From Gammaproteobacteria bacterium (lineage in GTDB: Bacteria > Pseudomonadota > Gammaproteobacteria > Eutrophobiales > Eutrophobiaceae), in the NCBI GenBank assembly GCA_030835405.1, contig JAURPG010000065.1, positions 1,505-65,504 on the forward strand: a DNA stretch of 64,000 nucleotides. The letters are read 5' to 3'. Positions 19,633 through 30,683 of this stretch are shown here, piece by piece. The notes below the pieces were generated by a model. That model worked only from the letters and a program-made list of their open reading frames with translations, made no database searches and was not told where the DNA came from. Positions within the stretch are counted from its first letter, which is position 1. Each line of letters starts with the position of its first letter. The position numbers and the translations under genes were made by a program.

Positions 19633-20181
19633 TTATTCCAGCCAGCCGCTCCAGGCGATGGTAGGAGGAGATTTTTCTGTCCAGTTACTGGGATAGTGAA
19701 TACGTTTCGGTATAACGCGGCTCCAGATCACCGCAATGGCAAATAGGATGAGTAGTCCCATTAGTATAGGTGGCCAGATAACCGAAAATTGGGCATTGGC
19801 ATGGAGAACAATCAGTGGATTAGCGCCGGCAGGTGGATGGACTGTCTTGGTGACCAGCATCAGCAAAAATGCCATCATAAAAGACACAACATATACCCAG
19901 AGAAGATTACCGAAAAGGTAAAAGCAAATCACACCACAGGCAATGCCAATAACATGGCCGCCAAAATACGCCCTGGGTTGCGCAGCCGGGGTAATAGGAA
20001 TACCAAACAGGAAGATAGCAGAGCCGCCGAAGGAGGCGAGAAGGATGGGTGCTGATGGAGGGTCTAAAAACCACAACACAGACCCCAGTCCAATACCTGC
20101 GCCCAGTGCTGAAATAAATAAACGATAGGTTTTTTTTAGGATGAGGTTATAGGTTTCAGTACTGCTAGTATTAGTATCCAT
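19633..20181 (-). CDS. HPP-family membrane protein
   Basis: 'VHPPAGA' motif and 4-5 TM helices. Confidence 0.7.
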   Translation of the reverse strand: MDTNTSSTETYNLILKKTYRLFISALGAGIGLGSVLWFLDPPSAPILLASFGGSAIFLFGIPITPAAQPRAYFGGHVIGIACGVICFYLFGNLLWVYVVSFMMAFLLMLVTKTVHPPAGANPLIVLHANAQFSVIWPPILMGLLILFAIAVIWSRVIPKRIHYPSNWTEKSPPTIAWSGWLE

Positions 20182-20205
20182 AGACTTGCGTTACTATCCT
20201 GATCA

Positions 20206-21597
20206 TTATTTCCCGGCCAGGGTTTGAATAATATCTATCCAATGGTCCAGGCCATCATAAAACGCCTTGATGGGGAAGCGTTCATTGATACCATGGGCAT
20301 TGGATGATTCAGGTCCGATAATCTTTGCGCTGGTACCGAATGTGGGAATGCCTGCCCGTCGGTATACACGGGCATCGGTATATCCTGAACTCATGGAGGC
20401 CACCAGCTGCATCTCCGGGTAACGCTCATGCACAGCAAAGGCGATGGCATCGACCACGTCCTCTCTTGGTTCGGATGCGGGACTGGATAAATATTCATCT
20501 AGTGGGACAATATTTAATTCAGGATTATCAATGACCCTTTCCAGGGCGCTTTGGATTTCATCGACCCGGGTTCCGGGAAATATCCGGCAGTTCACCGTAA
20601 CGGTGGCCCTCTGTGGCAGGGCATTTTCTACCTGCCCGCCCCGCAACAAGGTAGCGATACAGGTAGTACGGATTGATTGATCATAATCATCGTTGGCAAG
20701 AATCGTCTGGATCGCCTGTTTGTCCTGGGGATTATCGGCAAAGCGTTGTAATGCATCACCGAATTCACCGCCCATCTGTTTGCCTTCAGCACGCAATGAT
20801 TCCCGAACAATGGCATTGGACATAACCGGAAATTCATGGTCTTTAATTTTCAGGATGGCTTCAGCCAAGTCATAGATGGCATTGTCTTGTCTTGGCCGGG
20901 CCGAGTGCCCACCTGGATTGGTCGCAGTGATTTCAAATGTGGCATAGGTCTTTTCCGCTGCCTGGTAATGATATGCTAGCGGTATGCCAGTTGCATCCAG
21001 GGACCCACCGCCGGAATCAGAATTTAATGCGAACTCGGCATCAATCAGGTCAGGGTAATCGTTGATTAGCATATTGGTGGTGGCCTGGGTGGTCTCTTCA
21101 TCACCTGAAAATACCAGCAGGAGATCTCTATTGGGGACAAACCCCTGCAGTTTTAAACGGATAAAACTCTGGGTCAGGTTCATGACACCGTACTTGTTAT
21201 CAGATGTCCCGCGACCATGAAAATACGTATCATCTTGATTCAGGATAAAGGGGTCATGTTTCCATTCCTCTGGTGAGGCATCAACCACGTCCATGTGTGC
21301 CAGAAACAGGATGGGTTTTTTTCTTGCATTACCATTACCCGGATACCTGACCACCAGCGCGGCCGTATCATTTACCGGTAGAATGTGGATATCGTCGTCA
21401 CTGAAACCAGCCTGGGCTAACTGTCCGGCAAGATAGGATGCCATTTCGGGGACCATGTCCTGACCGGCAGCGGTGCGAAATGAGATGATATTCCGGTAAA
21501 TATCCAGTGCCCTGGCATGATCTATTTCCGTGGTTTGTGCCGGCAAAGAGCCGATAAAACCAAACAAGAGAAATAACAGGGTGTAAATGTTCTTCAT
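20206..21597 (-). CDS. M20/M25/M40-family metallopeptidase (carboxypeptidase G2-like), secreted
   Basis: 'LAHMDVV', 'HGRGTSDNKYG' and 'SGDEETT' motifs; signal peptide. Confidence 0.8.
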   Translation of the reverse strand: MKNIYTLLFLLFGFIGSLPAQTTEIDHARALDIYRNIISFRTAAGQDMVPEMASYLAGQLAQAGFSDDDIHILPVNDTAALVVRYPGNGNARKKPILFLAHMDVVDASPEEWKHDPFILNQDDTYFHGRGTSDNKYGVMNLTQSFIRLKLQGFVPNRDLLLVFSGDEETTQATTNMLINDYPDLIDAEFALNSDSGGGSLDATGIPLAYHYQAAEKTYATFEITATNPGGHSARPRQDNAIYDLAEAILKIKDHEFPVMSNAIVRESLRAEGKQMGGEFGDALQRFADNPQDKQAIQTILANDDYDQSIRTTCIATLLRGGQVENALPQRATVTVNCRIFPGTRVDEIQSALERVIDNPELNIVPLDEYLSSPASEPREDVVDAIAFAVHERYPEMQLVASMSSGYTDARVYRRAGIPTFGTSAKIIGPESSNAHGINERFPIKAFYDGLDHWIDIIQTLAGK

Positions 21598-21614
21598 GAA
21601 TCTGGACGGGAAGA

Positions 21615-21899
21615 TTAATCTTCCAGAATCGTGTCTTCGGGGCTTTTAATAAATTGCTTGCTCAAGGGAATAAAAGACCGCATTTCACCGTCTTCGATAA
21701 AGGCGAGCACCTTGATATTCCCATCGGGTTGATCAACCCAGTCAATAACCACTTCGAAATTGTAATCAGCATCATTATAGGTCCTGACTTCTTTGCCGAT
21801 AGTTTGTCCTGTAGCGAGGGCTTTTAATTCTGAATAGGGTTTCTCCCGGTATTTATCCAGTTCCTCACTTAAGATTTCGATGGCTTCCGAATTGTCCAT
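21615..21899 (-). CDS. small acidic hypothetical protein
   Basis: Clean 94-aa ORF reading into the downstream peptidase gene with an 18-nt gap. No family recognised. Confidence 0.4.
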   Translation of the reverse strand: MDNSEAIEILSEELDKYREKPYSELKALATGQTIGKEVRTYNDADYNFEVVIDWVDQPDGNIKVLAFIEDGEMRSFIPLSKQFIKSPEDTILED

Positions 21900-22020
21900 T
21901 TTATCCCCTGGTAGATTTATACTTTAGACTCGTTCATATTATGAATGTATTGTCCTATACAATACAATTATAACGTAATAAATACGCTGATATTTTCATT
22001 TTTGTTTATATATTACAGGT

Positions 22021-22884
22021 ATGGTTTTGAACGAGTGGATATTAAATAACGAGGCAATAATCAGGCTGGGGTCATTTGCTGGGATCTTTATCTTGATGGC
22101 CAGTCTTGAATTTGCCCTTCCCAGGCGAAAGCTATTGCTGTCGCGATGGCAGCGCTGGACCAATAATGTCAGCCTGGTTGTTCTAAACACAGTTTTGCTC
22201 AGGCTGGTATTTCCCACTGCCGCAGTGGGATTTACACTGTTTGTGACAGAGCAGCAATGGGGTCTGTTTAATTATTATTCTTTGCCATACATCGTGGTGG
22301 TTGTTCTATCCATTGTGTTACTCGACCTGGCAATCTATTTACAGCATGTTATGTTTCATGCTGTGCCGTTACTCTGGCGATTACACCGGGTCCATCATGC
22401 AGATCTGGACTATGACGTGACCACCGGGGCCAGGTTTCATCCGATTGAGATCCTGTTATCAATGTTAATCAAGTTTGGAGTCATTGGAATATTAGGTCCG
22501 CCGGTGCTTGCAGTTGTTCTTTTTGAAGTCATTCTAAATGGCATGGCAATGTTTAATCATAGTAACGTCCGACTACCGGGCAGGCTTGATGCGGTACTAA
22601 GATTATTCGTAGTAACACCTGATATGCACCGGGTCCATCATTCTGTGGAAGATTTTGAGGCCAACAGCAATTTTGGTTTCAACCTTTCGTTCTGGGACAG
22701 GATATTTGCCACATATACGGCCCAGCCAGAGGCAGGACATGAAGGGATGACAATTGGGATAAACCACTATCGCGAGCCAGGACAGGTGGACTCGCTTTGG
22801 GGGATGTTGATGTTGCCATTTGTCGGCAGAACCGGAGACTACGTCATCAACCGCCGGAGCTGGAGACGTAAAGATCCTGATTGA
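22021..22884 (+). CDS. fatty-acid hydroxylase/sterol desaturase superfamily membrane protein
   Basis: Histidine boxes 'HRVHHAD' and 'HRVHHS'; multiple TM helices. Confidence 0.75.
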   Translation: MVLNEWILNNEAIIRLGSFAGIFILMASLEFALPRRKLLLSRWQRWTNNVSLVVLNTVLLRLVFPTAAVGFTLFVTEQQWGLFNYYSLPYIVVVVLSIVLLDLAIYLQHVMFHAVPLLWRLHRVHHADLDYDVTTGARFHPIEILLSMLIKFGVIGILGPPVLAVVLFEVILNGMAMFNHSNVRLPGRLDAVLRLFVVTPDMHRVHHSVEDFEANSNFGFNLSFWDRIFATYTAQPEAGHEGMTIGINHYREPGQVDSLWGMLMLPFVGRTGDYVINRRSWRRKDPD

Positions 22885-22888
22885 GTGG

Positions 22889-23311
22889 TTAGAATATGCT
22901 TTTTAATTCTTTCAGCAAGGCAACATAAATACCATGACAGAATTCAACGGCATCTTCGGTATTGGCGTTCCATGATGATGACCATTCCACCAGTGTGCCA
23001 TTTCCCTCCGGGTCCTTGCTCAATTGAATAACCCCAATGTAGTTGGCTACCTCTTGTTTTGAAACCGGAGAAGGACCGTCATCGATTGAATAACTCAACT
23101 TGTATTCATCTGGCTTATATTCCACCAGTGTTTCATGAAAGGCATCATTGAGTATTCGTTTTGCACCAATTTCTGTTCCGGGCTTATCTCCCACTTTTTC
23201 AATTTTAGTAATGACTGATTTAGAAAAGGGAAAGGCATGGAAGTCACTAAATTGCTTCCAGACTTCTGAAACAGGCGCGGGAATGATTGCTGTTTGATAC
23301 GTTGCTTGCAT
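22889..23311 (-). CDS. SRPBCC (Bet v1-like) domain protein
   Basis: Size and pattern are typical of polyketide-cyclase/SRPBCC proteins. Confidence 0.5.
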   Translation of the reverse strand: MQATYQTAIIPAPVSEVWKQFSDFHAFPFSKSVITKIEKVGDKPGTEIGAKRILNDAFHETLVEYKPDEYKLSYSIDDGPSPVSKQEVANYIGVIQLSKDPEGNGTLVEWSSSWNANTEDAVEFCHGIYVALLKELKSIF

Positions 23312-23331
23312 TTTAAAACTCCATAATTGAA

Positions 23332-24450
23332 TTAACTGTCACCCCATACTTCTCTGGCGGTGTTTACCACCAGTTCCAGTTTGGCCCATTGGTTGTCCGG
23401 GGTAATCTTGTTGCCATGTACGGTACTGGAAAACCCGCATTGTGTACTTAGGCACATATTTTCCAGCGGCATGTAGTTAGCTGCTTCGTTAATCCGCTCG
23501 ATTAAGATAGTTTGTGGTTCCAGATCCGGTACTTTTGAAGAAACAATACCCAGTACCACGGTTTTATCTTCAGGAACGAATCTTAGCGGAGCAAAATCAC
23601 CAGATCGCTCATCATCATATTCGAGGAAATAGGCATCCACGTTCATTTCATTGAACAGGACCTCTGCTACGGGGTCATAACCGCCCTGGGCGAACCACAT
23701 ACTTTGAAAATTACCCCGGCAAAGATGAACACCCACAACCAGGTCATCGGGCCGCTCATCAATAACATCATTGATTAGCGCGGCATAGGTGCGGGGTAGT
23801 TGGTTTGGATCATCCCCCCGCGCTTCACTCGCCTGGCGCATTTTGGTATCACATAAATAGGCCAGGTTGGTATCATCCAGTTGTACGTAGCGGCAACCGG
23901 CATCATATAGTGCCCTGATTTCATCCCGATAACACTGAGCAAGATCGGCAAAAAATTCGTCCATGTCAGGGTACGATTCAATATCGATTGCGGCCCTGCC
24001 ACCGCGAAAGTGGACCATGGTAGGTGAGGGGATTGATACCTTTGGTGTCTGAGTAACCTGGGATTTTAAAAACACAAAGTCATCCACCTGAATGGTTTGT
24101 GAATGTCGGAGTTTACCTGTGACACTTAATTTTGGAGGGGAGAATCCGGTTTTGCCTTTGGCATCGGAACTGGCCTCAATGTCACCGGTGACCGTGACAC
24201 CATCGAGTTTTTCCAGGAAATCCAGGTGAAAGTACTCTCTGCGAAATTCGCCATCGGTCACCACTTTCATCCCCAGTGATTCCACTTTTCTAACTTCCTG
24301 GGAAATGGCGTCATCTTCTATGGCCCGGAGTTCTTCTGCAGAGATATCATTGTTTTTAAATTTCGTGCGGGCATCTATGACTTCAACCGGGCGTAACAGG
24401 CTACCTACCTGTTCTGCACGAAACGGCGGATTAACTTTAGACACTTTCAT
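23332..24450 (-). CDS. cobalamin-independent methionine synthase (MetE C-terminal domain) family protein
   Basis: ~370-aa MetE-like UROD/MetE fold; N-terminus 'PFRAEQVGSLLRP' and 'VHLCRGNFQ'. Confidence 0.7.
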   Translation of the reverse strand: MKVSKVNPPFRAEQVGSLLRPVEVIDARTKFKNNDISAEELRAIEDDAISQEVRKVESLGMKVVTDGEFRREYFHLDFLEKLDGVTVTGDIEASSDAKGKTGFSPPKLSVTGKLRHSQTIQVDDFVFLKSQVTQTPKVSIPSPTMVHFRGGRAAIDIESYPDMDEFFADLAQCYRDEIRALYDAGCRYVQLDDTNLAYLCDTKMRQASEARGDDPNQLPRTYAALINDVIDERPDDLVVGVHLCRGNFQSMWFAQGGYDPVAEVLFNEMNVDAYFLEYDDERSGDFAPLRFVPEDKTVVLGIVSSKVPDLEPQTILIERINEAANYMPLENMCLSTQCGFSSTVHGNKITPDNQWAKLELVVNTAREVWGDS

Positions 24451-24485
24451 GACTCCTCTAATAGTAATTCAATCTGGATATTACG

Positions 24486-24875
24486 TTAATTTGCATAAGG
24501 GTTTTTGATTAATTCCATGAGTTCTGGGTTTTGATATGCCTGTTGAGTTAATTTCAGGGTGGTGACATGAAACACATCAAAAATACGTTTATCAGACAGC
24601 GAAATATTATTCGACTCAATAAATGATCTCATGTCAGCAATGGTCTGTTCATAGATTTCAGCAAGGTCAGAGCCGAGTACCTCAGGGTTTTGCCAGTTGT
24701 TGATGTATTCATCAATATAGGGTTCCAGTTTATCCACCTGGTCAGTCTCAAATTCGATTAATGTCCCACGAATGACCTGTGGAAGGATCTCCCTGTACAA
24801 GGTCTTCATATGGGAGTTGATAAGTTCAGCCAGGGTGGCACCCCGGTATTGTTGTTTAATCTTTTCCAAATCCAT
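24486..24875 (-). CDS. hypothetical protein
   Basis: ORF only. Confidence 0.35.
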   Translation of the reverse strand: MDLEKIKQQYRGATLAELINSHMKTLYREILPQVIRGTLIEFETDQVDKLEPYIDEYINNWQNPEVLGSDLAEIYEQTIADMRSFIESNNISLSDKRIFDVFHVTTLKLTQQAYQNPELMELIKNPYAN

Positions 24876-25050
24876 AATTACCTGTCCGTATTATTTGCTC
24901 TCAATATCCAGTGTTGAATTAATTAATGAGAAAGAACATATAGTTTATCAGCGATGTTTTATTAACTAGTTGATTTGTGATGGTATTATCAGATTAACTA
25001 TATTTAATAATATATACTTGTTTTGTGTATTTTAACGTCATGGTGAGATT

Positions 25051-25353
25051 GTGAACAAGTTAACAACCCATCTAAAAATGTTTGTGATCTGTACAGGTAT
25101 CTTGTTATCCGCATGCAGTATCATCCCGGAGACACAATCATCTGATGAACCAGAGATTTTGACTATCTATCCAGATGGTTCCATGAAATTAATGGGGAGA
25201 CCCATACCCCCGGAGGATGTTGTGATTTATCCCGATGGATATGGTGGTGAGAAGGCCGCCATTAAATCCGGTCTTCAACCGTTACACCCGCCCTTTTATC
25301 GTGACACCATCATAGTGGAGCGGGTTAAAGAAGAAGAGGCTGCTGATAACTAA
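25051..25353 (+). CDS. small lipoprotein
   Basis: Lipobox 'LLSACS'. Confidence 0.45.
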   Translation: MNKLTTHLKMFVICTGILLSACSIIPETQSSDEPEILTIYPDGSMKLMGRPIPPEDVVIYPDGYGGEKAAIKSGLQPLHPPFYRDTIIVERVKEEEAADN

Positions 25354-27239
25354 CCCTGACTGCCATGGTGAGGTGAATTAGCTTTCTTCCTTAACCAGAA
25401 GGTAATTGCTATGGAAAAAAACATAATTGGGAGGTGAATGGCCAGTCTCCCCTGGGTCAGAAATAATCCGGCAAGGAGTATGGATAATAAAACCCTGTAT
25501 CTAACAGCCAAGGGCTTAAATAAATAACCTTCAACCACCGCTGCCAGAAACAAAAACGCAATTAGGACCCCCGAAATATTTATCCAGTAATAGATATTCG
25601 TAATATCGAGGCTTAATATTTCTGGTTGGGTCACAAAAATGAATGGCACAAAAAAACCACTAATTCCGAGCTTCATGGATTCGATGCCGGTCTTAATGAA
25701 ATCACTTTCAGCAATGGAGGCGGCTGCGATTGAAGCAAAGCAAATGGGCGGGGTAATCATGGATAACACACCAAAATAAAGTACAAATAAATGAGCTGGA
25801 ATTGTCTCGATACCGGCCTGCACCAGTGCCGGAGCCACCAGGCTGGCCATGAGGATATATACTGCGGTGGTTGGCAGGCCCATTCCCAACACCAGGGCGG
25901 CCAGGGCAGTCAATAATAGTAATATCAGCAGATTGCCGCCTGACTGTTCAACAACTCCCATTCCAAAATTAAAACCAAGACCGGTAATAGACAAAATCCC
26001 AATAATTAATCCAGCAACGGCGACGGCGGGCAGGATAGTGATCATGCCAGACCCTGTGGTATCGATGATTGTAATCAGTCTTTTAAGATTGGGACGTTCA
26101 GGCGTGAATATGGCCGCAACAATACACGCACCACTGGCAAATAATGCTGTCTTTTGGGCCAGTTGGTTACTGGCAAATAACAGGTATAACAACAAGGCGA
26201 TAGGGACCAGGAAAGGCCAGTATTGATAAAACGTGGTTTTAATGGACGGTACATCCCCGTTATCCAGGCCCTTGACCTGCTTTCGGCTAGCCCTGAAGTG
26301 CACCTGCATAAACAGGGTAAAGTAAAACAAAATACCTGGCAGTAGCGCGGCCTTGACTATTTCCTGATAAGGCACTGATATGATATCTGCCATGATAAAC
26401 GCGGCCGATCCCATAATGGGTGGCATTAATTGTCCGCCGCTAGAGGCCACGGCTTCAATGGCCCCGGCTTCCCTGGCATGATAACCACTGCGCTTCATCA
26501 ACGGGATAGTCACGATCCCGGTGGTCACCACGTTACCAACCGCACTGCCGGAAATGGACCCGAATAAAGATGAAGCCAGAATGGAACTTTTGCCTGAACC
26601 ACCGCGGATATTCTTCATTAATGCAATGGCCATATCCAGAAACATCCTTCCACCCCCCAGGGTAAATAATGCGGCTCCAAAAATGACAAAGGCCAGTACT
26701 GTAGTGGTAACAACGGCCAGAGGTGTACCCAAAAGACCGCTGGGATCCAGTACCGTGTAATTGAGTGTTTCATATAAACTGACTTCCCGTCCTTCCAGTA
26801 TCCCGGGAAAATGGTTTGCGGATATAGCGTAGATAAAAAATACGGCCATCAAAATGATTAACGGCCACCCGGAGGTGCGACGTGTGGTCTCAGTGATTAT
26901 CAAAACAGTAAGAACAGATACAACAATGCCAGCGGTATTGTCCATATAACCATAGGAAATCAGGCCCTCGTAGTTCCATGTGGCATAGCCAAACAGGAGT
27001 AAAGATGAAATGGCAAAGAACAGGTCAAGGTAGCCGGGTTCAAGCTCAAACTGGCGACGATTTTCACGCTTGTGGTTTATTACCACAAAGATATCGGCTG
27101 TAACAATACCCATCATGGCCAGTCCGATCTGTTCCCGCCAGATGGCCATGCCCAGATAGCTTGTTGGTATATCAAAGACAAAGACAATCCCCAGCAGGAC
27201 GATGAGGGCACGAAATATCAACGAAATGATATTAATCAT
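25350..27239 (-). CDS. TRAP transporter fused 4TM/12TM permease
   Basis: Polytopic DctM-like fused permease, co-oriented with the TAXI receptor. Confidence 0.8.
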   Translation of the reverse strand: MINIISLIFRALIVLLGIVFVFDIPTSYLGMAIWREQIGLAMMGIVTADIFVVINHKRENRRQFELEPGYLDLFFAISSLLLFGYATWNYEGLISYGYMDNTAGIVVSVLTVLIITETTRRTSGWPLIILMAVFFIYAISANHFPGILEGREVSLYETLNYTVLDPSGLLGTPLAVVTTTVLAFVIFGAALFTLGGGRMFLDMAIALMKNIRGGSGKSSILASSLFGSISGSAVGNVVTTGIVTIPLMKRSGYHAREAGAIEAVASSGGQLMPPIMGSAAFIMADIISVPYQEIVKAALLPGILFYFTLFMQVHFRASRKQVKGLDNGDVPSIKTTFYQYWPFLVPIALLLYLLFASNQLAQKTALFASGACIVAAIFTPERPNLKRLITIIDTTGSGMITILPAVAVAGLIIGILSITGLGFNFGMGVVEQSGGNLLILLLLTALAALVLGMGLPTTAVYILMASLVAPALVQAGIETIPAHLFVLYFGVLSMITPPICFASIAAASIAESDFIKTGIESMKLGISGFFVPFIFVTQPEILSLDITNIYYWINISGVLIAFLFLAAVVEGYLFKPLAVRYRVLLSILLAGLFLTQGRLAIHLPIMFFSIAITFWLRKKANSPHHGSQG

Positions 27240-27269
27240 AAGACCACCTGTAACAGGAATCCTGCAGAT

Positions 27270-28250
27270 CTATCGACCGGAGAAGTTTAATCCCCTGGTA
27301 TTAAAAAACCGGGTTGCCGCTTTATGATAAGGAATGGGATTTTGTGAGAAATTCATGCGTTCATGGTTCCAGGCACTAAAGTCCTGATTTTCGTTTACCA
27401 GTGATTCATTTTGGTCCCAAATGATGTTCAGTACGTCTTCAACCACATGGTCAGCTACGTGTGAAGAGGTCACCAGGTAGTAATCATAGGAAAGGAAATA
27501 ACCGTCTTCTGAGATGTCCGGGATGCTGCCGGCTTTTTTCAACACAATATTGGAGGCATTAAAAATTTGTCTTTGTCTGTCCACAGCCGTCTCGGAAGGG
27601 TCCATGCTGATATATCGAATACCAACCCTGGCATTGGCCTCCAGTGCTGCAGGGATCCCTGGTGAAACGCAGAGGGCGACATCCGCCCGGCCTTCCGCTA
27701 CTGCCTGAACCGAACTGATGGGATTGGTGACCGGGACAGTCCGGACGTCATTTCGCTCAAGTTCCATATTGGCCATTTGCGCACGTGCCACCAGTTCACA
27801 GGATTTATGCGAAGAAAAAATTCCTGTTACCCGCTTACCTTTGATATCTTCAATCGTTTGAATCGGGGAATCTGCCGCAACCACAACACCCGCAAAGATA
27901 TCGTAGGCATTGGATACCAATCTCAGGTTATCGTTAGGCCGTCTGAACTGGCCCCTGCCATGGTAACCTTGTATCGCATCGTCTGAATTTATCAGGGCAA
28001 GTTCCGCCCGGTTATTCTGTAACATTGGAACGATGACCTGGGCACCACCATAACCTGCCACAATGGCTTTATGGTCTGTTGACCGATTTATTGCAGAGGC
28101 CAATGTGACCCCAACACGATATGCCTTGGAACCGGTGGGTAAGGTAATAATCTGAATATTTTGAGGCTCAGCAGCAATTACACCAAATGACACGGTAAGC
28201 GCCATGAGCAAACCATATATGCAGAAAAAATTATTACCTTGTGGTTTCAT
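27270..28250 (-). CDS. TAXI-family TRAP transporter solute-binding protein
   Basis: ~320-aa periplasmic receptor with a signal peptide; adjacent to the fused TRAP permease. Confidence 0.75.
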   Translation of the reverse strand: MKPQGNNFFCIYGLLMALTVSFGVIAAEPQNIQIITLPTGSKAYRVGVTLASAINRSTDHKAIVAGYGGAQVIVPMLQNNRAELALINSDDAIQGYHGRGQFRRPNDNLRLVSNAYDIFAGVVVAADSPIQTIEDIKGKRVTGIFSSHKSCELVARAQMANMELERNDVRTVPVTNPISSVQAVAEGRADVALCVSPGIPAALEANARVGIRYISMDPSETAVDRQRQIFNASNIVLKKAGSIPDISEDGYFLSYDYYLVTSSHVADHVVEDVLNIIWDQNESLVNENQDFSAWNHERMNFSQNPIPYHKAATRFFNTRGLNFSGR

Positions 28251-28661
28251 TTCAATAACTCTTGATAGCGGCTGGATGATTAACTGGAAGTATTGCGATC
28301 TGTCATACTTCGATTGTAACTTATAGTTCCAGGTCAGCCAGCAGTGGCTGATTGATATTTAATACATAATTTAATACATATTCTTCAATTTATACTGATA
28401 TGGTTGTGTGTTGGCAACGGGTTTAAATATCAAACACAATAATAATGTATAAATATATTCATTTGTCCACAAATGTCTGAAATTTGGCAAAAATTTCCTC
28501 TATTATTTGCAAATATCTGAAATTATGGTCTATCCTAAGCTTTGTAACATGCAGTAATCTGATGTAGAGGTAGTAATAGAAGTATGCGCTTTTTTTGTTC
28601 CTGCCAAGTACATTTCCAACTGCATAACAACAAGGGTAATCCTAATTAGGGGGGATTGTGT

Positions 28662-28871
28662 ATGAGTAGTGGCGTCGTTAAATGGTTTAATAATGCCAAA
28701 GGATTTGGGTTTATAGAACCACAGGATGGTGGTGATGATATCTTTGTGCATTATTCAGCCATAAAGAGTGATGGATATAAAACACTCAATGAAGGTCAGA
28801 AAGTATCGTATGAAGCAGAGCAGGGTCCCAAGGGGTATCATGCCGTTGAGGTAATGATTCAGGCTGACTGA
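28662..28871 (+). CDS. cspA: cold-shock protein (CspA family)
   Basis: RNP motifs 'KGFGFI' and 'VHYSAI'. RBS GGGGGG, then ATG at 28662; the ORF track starts 6 nt earlier on TTG. Confidence 0.9.
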   Translation: MSSGVVKWFNNAKGFGFIEPQDGGDDIFVHYSAIKSDGYKTLNEGQKVSYEAEQGPKGYHAVEVMIQAD

Positions 28872-28898
28872 TAGGCTTCAAGGATAATTACCAGATAT

Positions 28899-28925
28899 GA
28901 CCCCGCTATCGCGGGGTTTTTTTAT
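28899..28925 (+). terminator. rho-independent terminator (ACCCCGC-TATC-GCGGGGT + T7)
   Basis: Hairpin plus T-run directly after csp. Confidence 0.75.
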
Positions 28926-28943
28926 CATAAAGAAGGGTGAATT

Positions 28944-29132
28944 ATGGAAATGTGGGAACAGGTTTTGCTGGGTATTGGTGCATTTGCCATTTTATTTATG
29001 TTCTGGCCTGGCGCCAAGGCCGCCATGGAAAGGAGCAAGGCGGCTGAAAACCCGGACTGGAAGGGTGCCCTGATACCGATTTTTCTGGTCGTGGTGTTTG
29101 TCATATTGTTGGTTTTTATGGCAAAGAGTTAG
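28944..29132 (+). CDS. small 2-TM membrane protein
   Basis: 62-aa ORF with two hydrophobic helices. Confidence 0.4.
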   Translation: MEMWEQVLLGIGAFAILFMFWPGAKAAMERSKAAENPDWKGALIPIFLVVVFVILLVFMAKS

Positions 29133-29140
29133 TACATCAA

Positions 29141-29740
29141 ATGGATGACTATCGTGAAATACTCACTTTCTGGTTTGGGCATGGGAATTCTAACCTGGAA
29201 GTTTTGAATGAGAAGTTATCCCTGTGGTGGAACAAAGATCCTGCCATGGACGAGGAGATTAAATCCCGGTTTGAGTCTCGTTTACTAAGTCTTGAAAATG
29301 GCGAACTGGATACCTGGCAGACAGAGCCTCAAGGTCGGCTTGCCATGATTTTACTGACAGATCAATTTTCAAGAAATATCTATCGAGACACCCCGATGGC
29401 CTTTGCATTTGATGCCCTGGCAGTCAACCTCGTCCATGATGGTATTCATCAGGCAATCGATAAAAAATTGCGATTAGTCGAACAGACATTTTTTAATATG
29501 CCGCTTATGCATTCCGAATCCATGGCCGATCAGGACTTGTCAATCTTACAATTCCAGGCAATTGTCGATTGTGCCCATGATGAAGAAAAAGAAAGACTGC
29601 GGGATAATTTGAATTACGCGGTTGCCCATCGTGACATGATACAGCGCTTCGGGCGATATCCATATCGAAACGAAATCCTAGGCAGGGAATCTACTCCAGA
29701 GGAAATTGAATTTCTAAAACAGCCAGGATCATCATTTTGA
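29141..29740 (+). CDS. DUF924-family protein
   Basis: Pattern 'FWFG..LWW..' is typical of DUF924. Confidence 0.5.
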   Translation: MDDYREILTFWFGHGNSNLEVLNEKLSLWWNKDPAMDEEIKSRFESRLLSLENGELDTWQTEPQGRLAMILLTDQFSRNIYRDTPMAFAFDALAVNLVHDGIHQAIDKKLRLVEQTFFNMPLMHSESMADQDLSILQFQAIVDCAHDEEKERLRDNLNYAVAHRDMIQRFGRYPYRNEILGRESTPEEIEFLKQPGSSF

Positions 29741-29799
29741 ATATGCGAAATGTGAGGAATGAACCGTGAGGTGTGAGGGAAAGCTATTCCTGATACAAT

Positions 29800-30660
29800 T
29801 TGCAGGCCTTTAACCTGGAAAATATATTGATGCAAGTTGTATCAAAAAAGACAAATTACGATTTCAACAAGCTGCAAAAGCGGCTACGTAGAAACGTCGG
29901 TCAGGCTATCCAGGAATTTAATATGATAGAGGAAGGTGACCGTGTCATGGTTTGCCTTTCAGGCGGAGCGGATTCCTATACCATGTTGGATATCCTCATA
30001 AGTCTCAAGCGCAGTGCACCGGTAAAATTTGAATTAATTGCCGTAAACCTGGATCAAAAACAGCCAGACTTTCCCGAACATGTGTTGCCGGAATTCCTGG
30101 ATGGATTAGGGGTTTCTTACCATATCCTGGAAAAAGATACCTACAGTGTAGTCAAACGGGTGGTGCCTGAAGGAAAGACCATGTGTGGGTTGTGTTCGCG
30201 ATTAAGGCGAGGGATTTTATACCGATTTGCTAAAGAGAACGGAATAAACAAGATAGCTCTTGGACACCATCGCGACGACATCATCGAAACACTATTTTTA
30301 AATATGTTTTATGGTGGCAAACTCAAGGCCATGCCGCCCAAATTGCTCAGTGATGATGGTGACAATATTGTCATCAGGCCGTTGGCATATTGCCGGGAAT
30401 CAGATATCAAGCAATATGCCGAGGTAAAGGCATTCCCCATCATCCCCTGTAACCTGTGTGGGTCCCAGGATCACCTGCAACGCCAGGCCATGAAGCACTT
30501 GTTAAATGACTGGAACGCAAAGTACCCGGGCAGGGTCGAAACCATTTTTGCCGCGATTCAAAATGTGGTGCCGTCCCATCTTGCTGATAATTCAGCATTT
30601 GATTTTCAAAACCTGGGTCAAACAATCGATGAACCAGACCAGGCAAAGCCCTGGACCTGA
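29800..30660 (+). CDS. ttcA: tRNA 2-thiocytidine(32) synthetase TtcA
   Basis: PP-loop 'CLSGGADS' and Fe-S cysteines '[13 protein letters not shown]' and 'CNLCGSQ'. Near-collinear with E. coli TtcA. Confidence 0.9.
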   Translation: MQAFNLENILMQVVSKKTNYDFNKLQKRLRRNVGQAIQEFNMIEEGDRVMVCLSGGADSYTMLDILISLKRSAPVKFELIAVNLDQKQPDFPEHVLPEFLDGLGVSYHILEKDTYSVVKRVVPEGKTMCGLCSRLRRGILYRFAKENGINKIALGHHRDDIIETLFLNMFYGGKLKAMPPKLLSDDGDNIVIRPLAYCRESDIKQYAEVKAFPIIPCNLCGSQDHLQRQAMKHLLNDWNAKYPGRVETIFAAIQNVVPSHLADNSAFDFQNLGQTIDEPDQAKPWT

Positions 30661-30683
30661 TTTTAAAAGTAATCTTACTTTAA